From Tubulanus polymorphus (Eukaryota > Animalia > Nemertea), in contig NC_134028.1 in NCBI RefSeq assembly GCF_964204645.1, positions 7,626,001-7,690,000 on the forward strand: a stretch of DNA of 64,000 nt. The letters run 5' to 3'. Below, piece by piece: positions 37,040-50,204 of the stretch (position 1 is the first letter of the stretch; every line of letters starts with the position of its first letter). A program made the position numbers and the translations under genes. The notes under the pieces were generated by a model. The model was not told the origin of the DNA. It searched no databases and saw nothing but the letters and a program-made list of their open reading frames with translations.

Positions 37040-37405
37040 TTGATGCCTTGAAAATGACAAATATATCTCTTAGTATTGTCAACAATAAATGATAATTAAT
37101 TATATGATATCAAGGATTCATAAAGTTATTTTGGATATGAATACTGATGATTAAATTGACCGGCAATGACTACCCTAGCCCTGATATATTGATGATGTAG
37201 GACTCTACGTTTGCTTGTGACAGGGTTGTCTCACTGATACTCACGCCATCTAGTGGGGGATAGCTGCTGACATGGAGTCTTCTTTGTTATTTTGAGACGC
37301 TAATATTGATGACGCAGTGCACATAGACTCACATGGAAGCCCTTAGGTAAACACATGCTAGGTATCAATATGTATAAACATTATCGTAACAGTTTTTACG
37401 GCATC
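37040..37405 (+). repeat. Interspersed ~370-bp repeat family, three co-oriented copies
   Basis: Blocks TTGA..CCTTGAA, TTTGGATWTGAATA, GATGAC...GACTCA and TAGGTRTCAAT recur at about 40672-41050 and 57440-57815. Confidence 0.7.
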
Positions 37406-38134
37406 ATAAAACATTGGGAAAATGTAAGGAATTCAATTTCTAAAGATATTAATTTTAGATGCATGAATGCATCTATTTTTCTAACATTTTCTGGTTCGGC
37501 GACAGCAATTCCTTTTTTGTATCCAAAGTGCACCCCATTTTTTTAAAATTTTCTAGTTCCGCCCTGGATACTATAGCGCTCAAATTTCATGCCGCGATCT
37601 GTTTTTTTTTCCTTTTTCGAAAGGGAATCTCGCAGGGAATCGCCGAAATGTTGCTCGATTATTTTATGCATAGTTTCAATAACGTTCTTCTTTGCATCAG
37701 ATGCGCGAAAAAAGCATCCAGTATTGAAGGGGGTGTCTCTATTAGCGTCGGGTGAGTGTGTTCGCGCACACCACGACCACAGACCACGCATGATGAGTGT
37801 CGCTATTTAATATTGGTTAAGTTTGATGAAGAGCTTCGTCGACGAATGTGAGCACACACGCACACAACGTGTGGATACAGTTTTATGTTTTACCCATATT
37901 AAAGGCAATTCGCCGCAATTAACGTAACGACATAATAACAGAGGTTTTGTCGAGTCTGGATCACTGCTCAGCTACCGGTTTCATATCGTGCATATATATA
38001 TTACATTATCGCAACAACGCTACGACGAAAGAGTGATTTGTTGACCTGGTTTTTTATCGCAGTCTGCCGGATTTTTTCCGTGTCAAAATTTCTCTCTCGA
38101 CTGGGGAGTACTGGAGTCAGTCGGTTTTAGCATC

Positions 38135-38185
38135 ATGCAGCACGAAGAAGTCCGCGCGGAGTTAATCTTAGAGGAAGACTTTAGG
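38135..38185 (+). CDS. Candidate ankyrin alternative first exon 5 (MQHEEVRAELILEEDFR)
   Basis: atcATG start, 17 codons, consensus phase-0 donor AGG|gtaagt. Confidence 0.65.
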
Positions 38186-40070
38186 GTAAGTCGTTGTCAT
38201 CGAGTTGTAGGATTTTAGTGACACGATCTCCCAAAAAAGAGCTATTGGTTAAAGTATAAAAAGTTCAGTTTCTTCTTATGAGAATTATCATTTCATTTTG
38301 TCGATGTGTAACTTGTAGGAAGTCTTTGGAACTTTAAGATTAAAAAGATTCTAAATATCATGGGTTGTTAGATTCAATCGTTGTGAGCTATTGGTTTTAT
38401 ATCATTTTAGTTTTGGATCCATAAGTTCCACAGTAAGTAAGACTCAGGGATGGATTTAGGGGGAACCCAGGAGGTATACCCTCATACTTGCCAAGATAAC
38501 ATTATAACACTATTATATACATGGTAATTTTATTTTAGAATCACTAGCCGCTACTAAAGAAATGATGAATTTTTCATATTAGCAATGGGGAGGGCTCCCA
38601 AACTCCCTAATAATGTTCACACATTTTTATCACTCCTAGGAAGTTTTGGGTCTTCCTATTGTAAATTCCTTGGTCGGCCCCTGTAGGTTGATATTTGAAT
38701 ATAGGATAGATTTTCATCCAGGCATTAGTTACGTTGTTAGATTGAAACAAAAGTCAAATTGAGTTCAATGTCATACATCTGACTGTGGAAGGACTTTAGT
38801 CGCAGCATTGAATATCTAAGGATCGTATGTTCGTGTCTTTCCTCTTCTTTCGGGATCCGGCACAATATCCAGACTAGTCTAATATTAACTTAATCAAATG
38901 ATTATTTACATAAATTTGATTGATGGGTTTTCACGATTGTCACGTAGTAATGGCGTCCCAAATACGCTTTGAAATTATCGGGTATCCAAGAACCGTTTAC
39001 ATAATGACACACTGGGCCAGGTAAGCGGCGCGCGTTGACTGTAGAATTCCATTTATGCCTCGTGAGCAAACAATAATGAGCGATCTTTTTCAACTCTTGA
39101 ATACAGTGCGCGCGGAAAATCATAACACGGAATAAAAACGGCAAGTTTGTCTACAAATGCGAAATATGTAGAAAAAAATGGAAAAAAACTTGTTTTTCGT
39201 ATGGCTTTAATATTGAACTAGTTGTGCAGCTTTGAAGTAAAGTTCATTCCTACTCGCTGAGTTGTTCTACAGGTTTATCGGCCTTTTTCAGTTTATACTT
39301 AAGCCGCGATCAGACGCAGACAATTAGGCCCAGGCCAAATTGGCACAGATCAGGCCCAAGTCAAATTTGGCCCTTGCCTAAATAGAGAGCGCGCTCACAC
39401 ATAACCACTGATTTGATACCAAACAATGCTTAAACAAAGTGAAGTGACTTTCCTGTGCTGAAATTTGGCTCATGCCTGGTCCGAGATTTTTGGTCAGGCC
39501 AAATAGGCATACAGAATTTGCTCCCCATCCGCCCCCCACCCCGATTTTAAACGAGAAGAGTTTGTTGTTTTGTTTGCTGTTACGAGGTCCTGACCCGTAT
39601 AATGTACAATGTACAATATGTTAATTACTGAAGAGCAGAACAAACAGTATTAATACTCTTACTCATTTAACACAACAGTTATTTCCGTCGTTAATTCTGA
39701 TGATGTTTTTTAACGGCTCGAGTGATGTTTGAAAGCGTGATAATCACCTGTATTATTGGTTTAAGCCATCCGTGCGCTGTCGGTGGATGTCGGTGCGCGT
39801 GGCTTTTACTCGTTTTTAAGTAGTCGGTGGTATTAACATGAAAAATGAACCTACAAGTTTCAGCTCTATTTCTCTCTGCTCTCTCTCTCTCTCTTGCTCT
39901 TTCTAATAGAGAGCTGTTACAGGCTGGGGGTAAACTAGCTCAGGTATTTCTCCTGCTCCTCACAAGAAGCAGCATACTCTCGGTACACGCTCAGTATTTA
40001 TCCATCTCGATATTAAAACGAATTTTGCTGCGTGTCTCCGGATTTCTATATACGGATTTCTATATACGTA

Positions 40071-40142
40071 ATGTCTTGCAAATGTTGTTCATGTTGTACT
40101 TGCGGGCGTCCGGGCGGCTGGAAACCCCTTTCAATTCGTACG
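40071..40142 (+). CDS. Candidate ankyrin alternative first exon 6, Cys-rich (MSCKCCSCCTCGRPGGWKPLSIRT)
   Basis: gtaATG start, 24 codons, strong phase-0 donor ACG|gtgagt. Confidence 0.6.
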
Positions 40143-41673
40143 GTGAGTCTTACACGCTATATAGCCTACATGTAGAGCATAGTTACGCAGTATTTACTAT
40201 GCTAGATTTTGAGTTCAAATTAGAAAGCATCGTATATTCAGATGCCTGCCGCAGACTGGGATAGTACTCTGACTTCTTTCGCGCATGTTATGTTACGTAT
40301 TCTGTAGTTTTTGTGGTAATCAAAAAACGATTGTGGAGAAATTTTTTTTTGATGTCGGATAAGGTAGAATTACTGAACCGTAGCCAGTAGCTTCTGATAC
40401 GGCAAGAATTGTGTCGATACGTCTGCCTACGCATATGAGTAGTAACAAAAATACATAAATGTATTTTTGGTAGTAAGCATTGTTTACGACGTTGGGAAAA
40501 AACAATTCGGAAGTGAACACTTGGAGGATGTGCTGTGATTGTTGGCATTTTTGAAGTCGTTTTAGTTTATCTGCACCGCGCGTGATAGTGTTGTGCTTTG
40601 TTTACAAGCGATACTTACACGTAGTATACTTTGTGTTAGAAAGTACAGACAAGAAAACTAACATGAAAATTTGATGACACCTTGAATAATAGCACATATA
40701 TTGCTTAGTTTTATCGACATTGAATAATATGATATAAATTGATATTAAGGATCAATAAAGTAATTTGGATTTGAATATCTATAATTGAATTGACCTATGC
40801 AGCAAGTCGAGCCTCAATATATCGATGACGTTATGTACTCCTCTCAAAAATATTATTAGAATTCATAAAAAATAAAATAGAATAACAAATAAGATTAATG
40901 AAATATATTTGAAAATAAACACCAAAATTCCCAATTTTTAATGTTATTTTGAAACGCTAACATGGATGACATCGACTCACACAGAACCCCTTAGATAAGG
41001 CATACTACGTAGGTGTCAATGTAAGAATAATTGTAACGGTTTTTAAGGCGTAAAAAAATAGATATTCAGGAATAGCTTTTTCGTAGAATGTTTCACTTGC
41101 TTCAGTTTCACTTTGATTTATTTCTATGCTTTAAGAAGTGTTATGCACTGACTTTGCTGTACTATTCCCTAGAAACAGAAACATCAACACGTGCAAGTTT
41201 TTATTGTACTTTGTTAAAAAGTATAATTTAATGTCCGCATAAACTTTTTACTGAACTTTCTTGAATCAAGTTCGACCTATCTTTAAATGAAATATAGTTA
41301 TCTTCACTAAATTGAAAAAGTATATATCACAAATACGAAATTAAGGAATGTTTGAAGCATTGTTTTTGAATAAAACTAGCTTGTAAGCGAACAGGAAGTA
41401 CTTCAACCGGGGTTCCAGAGGAGGATCTAAGGAGAGGGTGCAGAGGGTGTACATCCCCACCCCTAAAGATGTCAAGCTGTCCTGAAGTTTCATCACGGGA
41501 GGATGAATGATATTTACCTGCTACCTACAAAAATTTAGATTCATAAGCTTGTCCTCTGTATTTCCAAAAATGAGTTAATGTTTTCCGATGAGCTTTTTTT
41601 CAGGGTACCCTTTCAACCAGATGATATGCCCTATTTTGGGGGTGTAGCCCTCCCTTTCATCCATCCACCCCTG

Positions 41674-41907
41674 GGTTTGATTCCCTGGGTCAGACCCTAG
41701 ATTCGCCCCCGGGTTCGATTCCCCGAGTTAGACCCTAGATTCGTCCCCGATTTGATTCCCTGAGTCAGACCCTAGATTCGCCCCTGGGTTGGGTTCCCTG
41801 AGTCAGACTCTAGATTCGCCCCTGGGTTGGGTTCCCTGAGTCAGACTCTAGATTCGCCCCGGGTTCGATTCCCTGAGTCAGACCCTAGATTCGCCCCAGG
41901 TTCGATC
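41674..41907. repeat. Tandem array of about six 37-38-bp units at the right end of a MITE (41416-41673)
   Basis: Unit GGTTCGATTCCCTGAGTCAGACCCTAGATTCGCCCCTG. Confidence 0.92.
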
Positions 41908-44444
41908 CGGTAACTTGTTCGAAATGCAAAAATTTCTTAATTTCTTGTGTCTAGACATTTTCCCTAATCCGACACGCTCGTGTATTGCTTATCCATTCAC
42001 GAAGATAATCCCGAATGACATCTTAAAAACTGTAGATATCATTTCTCATTATGGCAAACATGGTTTCCGTGGATTATCGAAGAATATAGTAAGAGAGAAC
42101 TCGATAACATCGATCACGTTTTAGGGATTAAATTCGTCGGCAAGAATTAAGCTCTGTCTGCTGCTGCTGCTGCTGCTGCACAACATTTCACAAAACGTTG
42201 ATATTACGATGTTATTGCAAATCTATAACATCGACACGTGTAATTGCGATTGTAACATTTACGGATAACAAAATGCAGAATTTTTGATGAAAAACATGCC
42301 TCGAATGAGAGATTAACAATATTTCGTTGTTTATCAAAGGGGGAATGATATTGCTGCTCCCGTTAGACCAATATTAATATGTACAGCTATGAGATCCCGT
42401 AGTAGTTACTATACATGAGCCAGACTTATTTCATTGCTGAAGGACTGCTGGTTTTAATGCCTGGTTGTAATTGTATTTCATGGTTTAGGCTAGAAAAAAT
42501 TTAACCTCCTTTCTCCTCTCTGCTGTCTACCCTAAGAAAATGATCAAGCAACCATATCATACCTGGCAGCTATGGAAATGAACTGATTACAAATTTTATT
42601 GCGGTATACAAAAATTACCCGGCCGATTAGGAGAAACAGAGGTATCATTTTAGCCTTAGTGAAAGTATACATCGCATTTGTTTTGTATGCTATAATGGCC
42701 ATTGTTTATTGGTTGATTAATTATCAGCGAAAATCTATGATTGCATTTTCCCAATAGACATTTCCGACGATAAAATTACATCGACTTATATTTCGCGTAT
42801 ATTTTGCTGTTGTCGTCATAGTCAACAAAACTGAATTTATGACTTTCGGTTAATTTAGATAATTGCTTTTTTTCTTGAAGTTATATTATGTTATTCATAT
42901 CCCAATATAGATGCTTGGCTTCGACTGAGGCTTCGGGATATTTTTGGTTAATGATCTGATATTCTGAGATGTGTCGAGGCATGCTTGTGGCTTCTACGCG
43001 CGTTGCGTCGTCGAGCTCGAGCGATACTCACTTGTTGATATCTTGTTATTACGGATTACTGGTGACATCTAGTGTTAAATCCGTCTACTACTACTGATTC
43101 GCTATCAGCAGTGTCAGGAATCATCGCTCGTTCCGATTTCATCCAACAGGTGTCTCCAGTGTCACTTCTGGAAAATATGATTCATGCCCATTCAGACTAC
43201 AGAGAAGTCTCTGCTGACAATTAGTCACCTTTCTGTGATAGAAAATTGCATTGTTTTCTTTTTCTGTTAAAGAGACCCGGTGCACAATGATTTAGGCTTA
43301 TATGAAAAGTTTCAGCTGATGAACTGGCCATGAATTTGTATGAATCGTGAATACTAATATTCTGAAATATTTGTCTGATTTACCAGTAGCGAAATTACCA
43401 TTTCAAATTCACTCATCTGTATTCAATAGTTAGGATGATCAGGGCAAAATGCTAAGATGTTTATGTATTGACTGACCTCATTCTTGCTTCCTTGAGACCA
43501 TGAGTTGTCAGATAAATTATGGCTAAGTCCACATCAAGGTCACGGGAATCGAGGTCATATCTGGTTTGTCTATAAACAACGAATGTGTTTCTCCTTTTCC
43601 TAGAAACCTGTTGACCTCTGAAAATCTAGAGCACCGAACTTCATCTGGAATATTCAAAGCTTGCGGGAGAAAATTTGCTCATTCTGCACCTTATCATATC
43701 CTGGGCTGTAGCGGGAGGGGGGTTCAGGGTGGCTTCTGCTGCATGGACCTACTTTCAAAATAAGGTCAAAATTTTGTCATAAAGAACCCCAAGTGAACAC
43801 GTTTCAGCCAAAAAGAACCCCCAAGTGAGCACGCTCAGCCCTAATATTGGACCTTTGGTTTGACTACAAAGTTCTCATCGATGATTCTATCTACCTTTAA
43901 ACCACTTACCTGGTCCCCAGGATTGTGTAATCCAAACTGTTGATCACGAAGATAGTAATTTTACTCTGGCAGAAATAAAGAAAAACCGTTTGAATTCTTA
44001 TCACGTGCTGTGGTTACTGCGCTAATGAAAGTTTATGGCACGAAAATTTATTTCAGTTGGGTGCACATATTTTTCTCTGCTCTGTGTGGCAGGCCAGGGC
44101 CGCGTGTGTGTTACTGATGGATGAAATTTACGATTATTGTCTTGAGCAGTATTCGCCTCAGTTTGATGAGTAATGTGTCTCTATTTGAAGTAACAGGAGC
44201 AGGGCGCGTTGTTTGTTATCATTATCAATGTGTGCTATTTTCACCTATGTAACTGCTTCGGCATGTGCGTATACTATCCTCTCCTATACTGTAGAGAGAG
44301 AGAGAGAGAGAGGAATATAACCAGACTGTCGGACAGGGAGGAGGTCGGCTGCTGGCTTCATTCACCACTATAAGCGCGTTGTAACTATTAACTGGATTAA
44401 AACTTGCCTCAGTTCCAACTACGAATCGATGGTAACCGATTAAA

Positions 44445-44468
44445 ATGCTGCGTAAACTGAAGGGAACG
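44445..44468 (+). CDS. Candidate ankyrin alternative first exon 7 (MLRKLKGT)
   Basis: aaaATG start, 8 codons, phase-0 donor ACG|gtaaga; (GA)n tract at about 44293-44312 and Inr-like TCAGTT at 44409. Confidence 0.5.
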
Positions 44469-46887
44469 GTAAGAGATTGAATTACTTAGAATTGACGAAC
44501 CTTTCCAAAATAACGGTTCAGAAATTGTATGGAAAAAGTTGTCAGTCACGCTTTCTGGTTCACTCCCGGTTAAAACAGTTCTGCTGCCGGATAAGAAGAA
44601 GCGCATTCTACGACTGTTTTCTCATCTGTCTGTCTGTCTAGGAGGTTTTCATCGTATCATCTGATATCGCGAGCTGATATCATCGTAATCATTCTTGCAT
44701 AACTTATATCACTGTCTCAGTTTACCATAAACTGCGAGCATTTTATTTCGATGCTTCACCGGGGAAGAAAAATTGTTTCTCTTTTTCCTATATTCGAATG
44801 TATCGTTTACAAAGGAAGTTTTAGAATTCCTGGTCATAATGCAGGACTAAAAAGATTCAGGCGCCAGTCGTAATATAACTGTGATTAAGAGTGGGGCTAT
44901 TAGGGGCGGGGGGGCTTCAGGGTTTACCCTGGATAAAGTTGTATCATTTCAACTTTTCATCAAAACTGCGTAATGGTGACTAATTTAGAAATAAAGGTCA
45001 AACAGTACCAGTTGCAATTCAAACGCAATCATTTGTCTCGTGCTAGAATTTGGCTCGGGCCTGGTGCGACGTTTTTGGTCGGTCCAAACAGGCTCAGGCC
45101 TATTTGGCACCCGTGTGAACAGTTGTCCTAGGCCAAAAACACTCGTGTGATCACTGCTATAATCTTTCCTCTTTTGCTTTCATATCATTTTTCGATCGGT
45201 AATAATTAATGGCTCTTGGAATATTGTTAGTGCTGCCACCTGGTTGACTCGTAGTAGCTTTTAATCGTTTAATCGGGTGAAATAGTAAATAGCCGCTCTA
45301 TGAATAGCCGTACATGACAACCACATGTGCATTTGACCATCATTTACCGTAATTTACAACCTGATAAATTAGATTCGTGCTTCAAAGTAAATAGAGCTAT
45401 AACCTTGGTTTTGATTTGTGTGTTCGTTTAGATACGTTGGCATTCGAAGTATAAATGTTGAGTCTAGAAATTTTTATTGCTCGGTGGTATTTCAAGTTGG
45501 AGCACAAGTTTTTCAGAGTCCGTCGGGAAAACACGTAGACATACGCGGAAAATGGAAAATTTTGAATCCTTGCTACGAAGAAGCGAGATATGCATTGAGA
45601 AAAATGTAGAACATTAGATAAAATCCATTGTATTCCATCGTCTTTTAATCTTCTATTCTTAATATTTCTATTTTCGTACGTTAGTACGTAATGCACAAAT
45701 TTTTTTATTTAAAGAGTAAAAGATTATATACTTGTGTAACAGATTAGAACGCAGGAATCGGTTGCAGGTCTGAGCCCGCCTTAAAAATAGAAAATCGAAT
45801 AGAATGGTTTATTTCTCTAACCAAACTTTGGTATATAGAGGTTACAAATTTATAACTTATGAAACTTAAAACAACGAAACAGAAATACACATAGAATGGA
45901 ATAATAATAGAGATAACAGATACATGAAATCTACCTAAGTAGCATGAGACCAGCATTTACAAATCTAACAAGTTTAATTAGTATATTTTTATTTACAGTA
46001 TTAAGTAATTGTGACATTTAATACCGAACGCTTATCACGCCATCCGGTGGATTAGTTGGTTCCTCCATATACTGGCACTACAAGTCTAAATTAGCCTTCT
46101 ATTTGTGCCGGGTTTTCTATTACGTGGTTGATTTCTGTAAATACAAACATAAATCTTACCTTCGTCGCAACGGGACGATGACGTTTCTTTTATTACTGAA
46201 TGGGTACGGTGCGGTGCGCTCGCGTGCTTTCGTTATCAATTGGCAAAAAAGCGGGGTGATATTTTTTTTTTTTTCGAAACGTAGATGGTGATTATTTTCG
46301 GGTAATTACACTTCGTTAAGAGTAATAACGAACGCGTAATTAGTCCTCGTCGCTGACGAATGTATGCTCATGCTCGAATTGACGTATATCGTAATAACTG
46401 GCGAAACAAAAGTGTGCACTGAACTGGCACGTATTCGCGTATGCATACATACATGGAATTTAATAATAAACCATCAATGATACTTCTACTAGAAACGCAC
46501 CCTCTCTCTGTCGCCCTCGCCTACAAATATATACGATGATTTAAATTCGGTAACGCAGCAGAGAAAGCACGCGCATATGATATACGGGCATTGCGCGCGC
46601 GTAATACAAGAATTAATCGAAGGAACTGTTAATAGTTTTACACACACGGCTAGCTATCTATAGGCTCTTCTATATACTAGCTTGTTGTGTGCCTTCTAGC
46701 TAGAGAAATTGATCGTAGAGAGAGAGACTGTGATACTGCGGGTGATAATTCAAATGTACTGATGAGTTGGGAACGTGAGTTACACACTGTGTGCATTCTG
46801 TATTGATGTGTCAACGCTACCAACGCGGATAGTTTGAATCGGGGATATATTTTTAAATCGCAGCGTGTGTTCGAAATAAATAAAACG

Positions 46888-46947
46888 ATGTCCTGCGAAT
46901 GTAAAATACATTTAAGCTCGGCGCCTTCGCCCCAACACCAAGCTAAG
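46888..46947 (+). CDS. Candidate ankyrin alternative first exon 8 (MSCECKIHLSSAPSPQHQAK)
   Basis: acgATG start, 20 codons, phase-0 donor AAG|gtaaga. Confidence 0.62.
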
Positions 46948-49900
46948 GTAAGACTGTCGTCGTTCTTGGTGAATTCGATGGTTTCTGGTGGTTGTGTAGT
47001 AGTCGTATTCGTGATGGGTATCGCTCAGCTGTACTGACGTTGAAGGACACGCAGTTCTATAAATATTGATTGATTTCTTCTCTGGTCGTGTGTCTTATGT
47101 AGAGATAGAGCAGTGAGCTGATAGTTCATCTTCAGATGCTGATCTGATACGCCATGATGCGACGATAAGCCCAGCAAACTTATCAGTTTAACAACTCAAA
47201 TCCGAACAGTAATTCAGACTAGATCACGAAGGTTTCTTTTTCTATTTCGACATGCTCTGCAGTGTGATGATAAATAATGCGGGGACCTTTTTTTTCGTTC
47301 AAATCTATTTAATCTGTGTATTGTTTAGATATTTTCATTGAATCTATAGAAATATAAAGAAAGGCCGTAGGAAGGAAGCGATATTAAATTAACATGACAG
47401 GGAACATAACAGCCCCATTGGGGGTGTTTTCCATGTCAGATAATTTTCCCGGTAGCAACATTAATTTTATGAATAGCAATTTCATTACTGTCATGTTCTA
47501 TAATAGTCGCATGCATCGCTGCTGTTATTTTCAGATATTTTTGATGAAATAATAATTGAGATATTGCATTGCTCATCACTGCGTTAAGTGTTACAGAATG
47601 ATATCTGTATCGGAATTTCGAGGGAAAAAAATGAATATCAAAACCTCAATTTTTTTCCCGGTATTCACACATGTAGTAAGTGAAAAAACATTAGACAATT
47701 GAAGACCCAATTGCACAGTTGTGAGTAAGAGTTGATTCTAAGTTGAAAGTTGTTCAATTTTGGTTTCCGAGCCCAATCTTAACTCACTACTGTGGGACTG
47801 GGTACAGGATCCCACTTGTGGCTAGTTACGATCCACCACCAGACTGGGTAGTAGTTATTCGGTTATCGGTTTTTGGTTAGAATTACCTTTTGAGTTAAAT
47901 CGATTAACATGGAAGTCAATAGTCAATAACACAGAATTTAAAAAGATTAAGCTAAATTTTTGTGTAATCTTCTATTTTTCCCATCAGCTCAATATATTCA
48001 AAAGCAAATATCTGCGTAGATAGAATATTGACATCCACTCTGGTGGGGGCATTTCATATAAAGGGTGGCTGGTTTTCAGAGGGGTAGATTTAAAGATGGA
48101 AGGGGCGGAGAATCTAAAACCTGTTGTGGAGAACATAACAAACATTATTTATAATGCACAACTACTATTTACGATACGTTCTGGAACGATCTACACGCAT
48201 AATTTTGATAGATTTAGCTATTTCTCAAGTCTTTTTGGTTGCTCATGCCATCTGGTTAGTCGCTAGTATGACCTCAATTGTTACTTATTTTACTGAAAAT
48301 TTTTTGTACATGGATGAATTGCCATTGGAAATATTGTAAGTAGTGACACAGTTGTCAACGCTACCAAACCACCCACACTCAGAAATATGTGGAACGGCAT
48401 TTTATTGATTTTTCCTACCACGGTGGCATCTGGAAGACGAGCAATTTTTCCCCTCGCACACCTGTTAAACATTAATCTGTCTACTGACTAAATGTTACAT
48501 TACATCCGGGAGCGTCGAGTAGTTTATGCCGAGAGGCAAAAATTTCATTTCACCATTAAGACGACCTTGAAACAAACTCAAGCCGGTTTAGCATCGGGCT
48601 TTTAAATTCAAATTCAAATACAATTTTATTCATTAATTTACAAGAAAAACCGTATAGAAGATACAGATGGAAAGTTTGAAAAAAAGAAAACTGAATAATA
48701 GCTTTCCAATAGCTAGATTTGGTTGTCTAACCACAGATTTAGAATTTTTACAGGCAGGGTTAAACTGAGGAAGCATATGCATTTGCTATAAATTTGCTTT
48801 ATTAGCGAGTAAACTCGCCAATACAGGCATCAAAAAGTTGTTTTACGAGGCAGTTTTTATGGTAAAGTTTTTCTATATATTGGGGTAACATACGTGACAT
48901 ACAGCTTCTGGTATTGAAACTGGCTTGTGTATTGTTTTCAGTGATATTACTATTAGATATAGATATATATGGAACAAGGTTGTTACTGTAAATTCATACA
49001 GGAAGCTACAATTATCAGTTGAAAAACAGGATGAACATTCATTACATAATTAACGTATCGGAGTCAGTTAGGAGAAAATGTGCTCTCCACACGTTAAAAA
49101 AAACAATTAACGTGTCATTTGAAAGCCTATTTGGGAAGTCTATTTGTAAGTGGATCATAGTGTAAATGAAAATGCCCGACTTTTAAAGATGTTTTGCTGT
49201 TTCCCCTTGTAACCTAATATCTAACTCTTAGATTCCCATTTATTCTTGCATTTCACCCTATTAAAGGTGTATCTTCAGTTTTCATTCGGCCTTGCTTTGT
49301 GGCATTTTGGCCTTGTATTGGCGTTATTGTAACTATGGAAGATATCTCTTGCTCACATCAAAATATTCATTTGCCCTTGGCAGACATTCGAACCTCGATG
49401 GCATCATCTGACTGCCACGCTATAAACCCAGGCCCGACTGAGTATAGTGATCAATGCACGAGTGGTACGAAATGTGACATCATCAGTCATTCAGACATTT
49501 TTACTTCATTTGGTGAATGTTTTATGGGCAATTTTACAACACAAATTTGATTTCGTCTGCTAATTTGGTATGTGTAGGGTTCATAGCAGTCCCTGAAGGT
49601 TCTAAGAAATTTTGAAATGGGAACGGATCAATTCATGGCCTTGAGTATCATGGAATGGGCTCTAAAATCCTTAAATCATTGTAATGTTCCTTGAATGGCC
49701 TCTGCCAATAACTATCAGCTGCAGATCCAAGATACAAGTTCACTGTTTTACAGCTCTTAGAATATACTGATTATATGAATGCCTGAAAAATGTAGATTTC
49801 AGTTTTAAGCCTGGGCAGATCCGGAGGGCTGCTTAAGATTATATATTAGTCCTGGAATTGGAGTCGAAAAAGTCTTTGAAAGTCATTAAATGAGATTGGT

Positions 49901-50190
49901 CAATCGACACGATGAACCCTGTATGTGGCAAGTCTACAAGGGCAGAGGTTCCAAGAGGTCTAAATGCCATCAGGGTTGAATGGTGCGGTATTGCTTTTAC
50001 AGCCGTTATATTTGAAAATGTCTTCTACGATCTCAACGGCGTAAAAACACGGTCTCTAAGAGCAGGTACTCGGGCAGATACTGAGAGTAATTAAAACATA
50101 AGCTCGCAATAAACAAAGGTGCGAACTAAACTGAGCAAACATCGCCGTTGGAAATTTCCATCTCATCATCCCGCAACAAGACGAAGCCGC

Positions 50191-50204
50191 GTTGCTATGG
50201 TAAC
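50191..50204. promoter_or_regulatory. RFX X-box motif
   Basis: GTTGCTATGGTAAC matches the palindromic X-box consensus; a second match, GGTTCCATGGTAAC, lies at 52747-52760. Confidence 0.4.

Noticed and set aside
39845-40264. 139-aa ORF with a signal-peptide-like start and a possible donor at 39943
   Set aside because: The hydrophobic start derives from a (CT)n tract, there is no recognisable domain, and a better exon lies in another frame at 40071.
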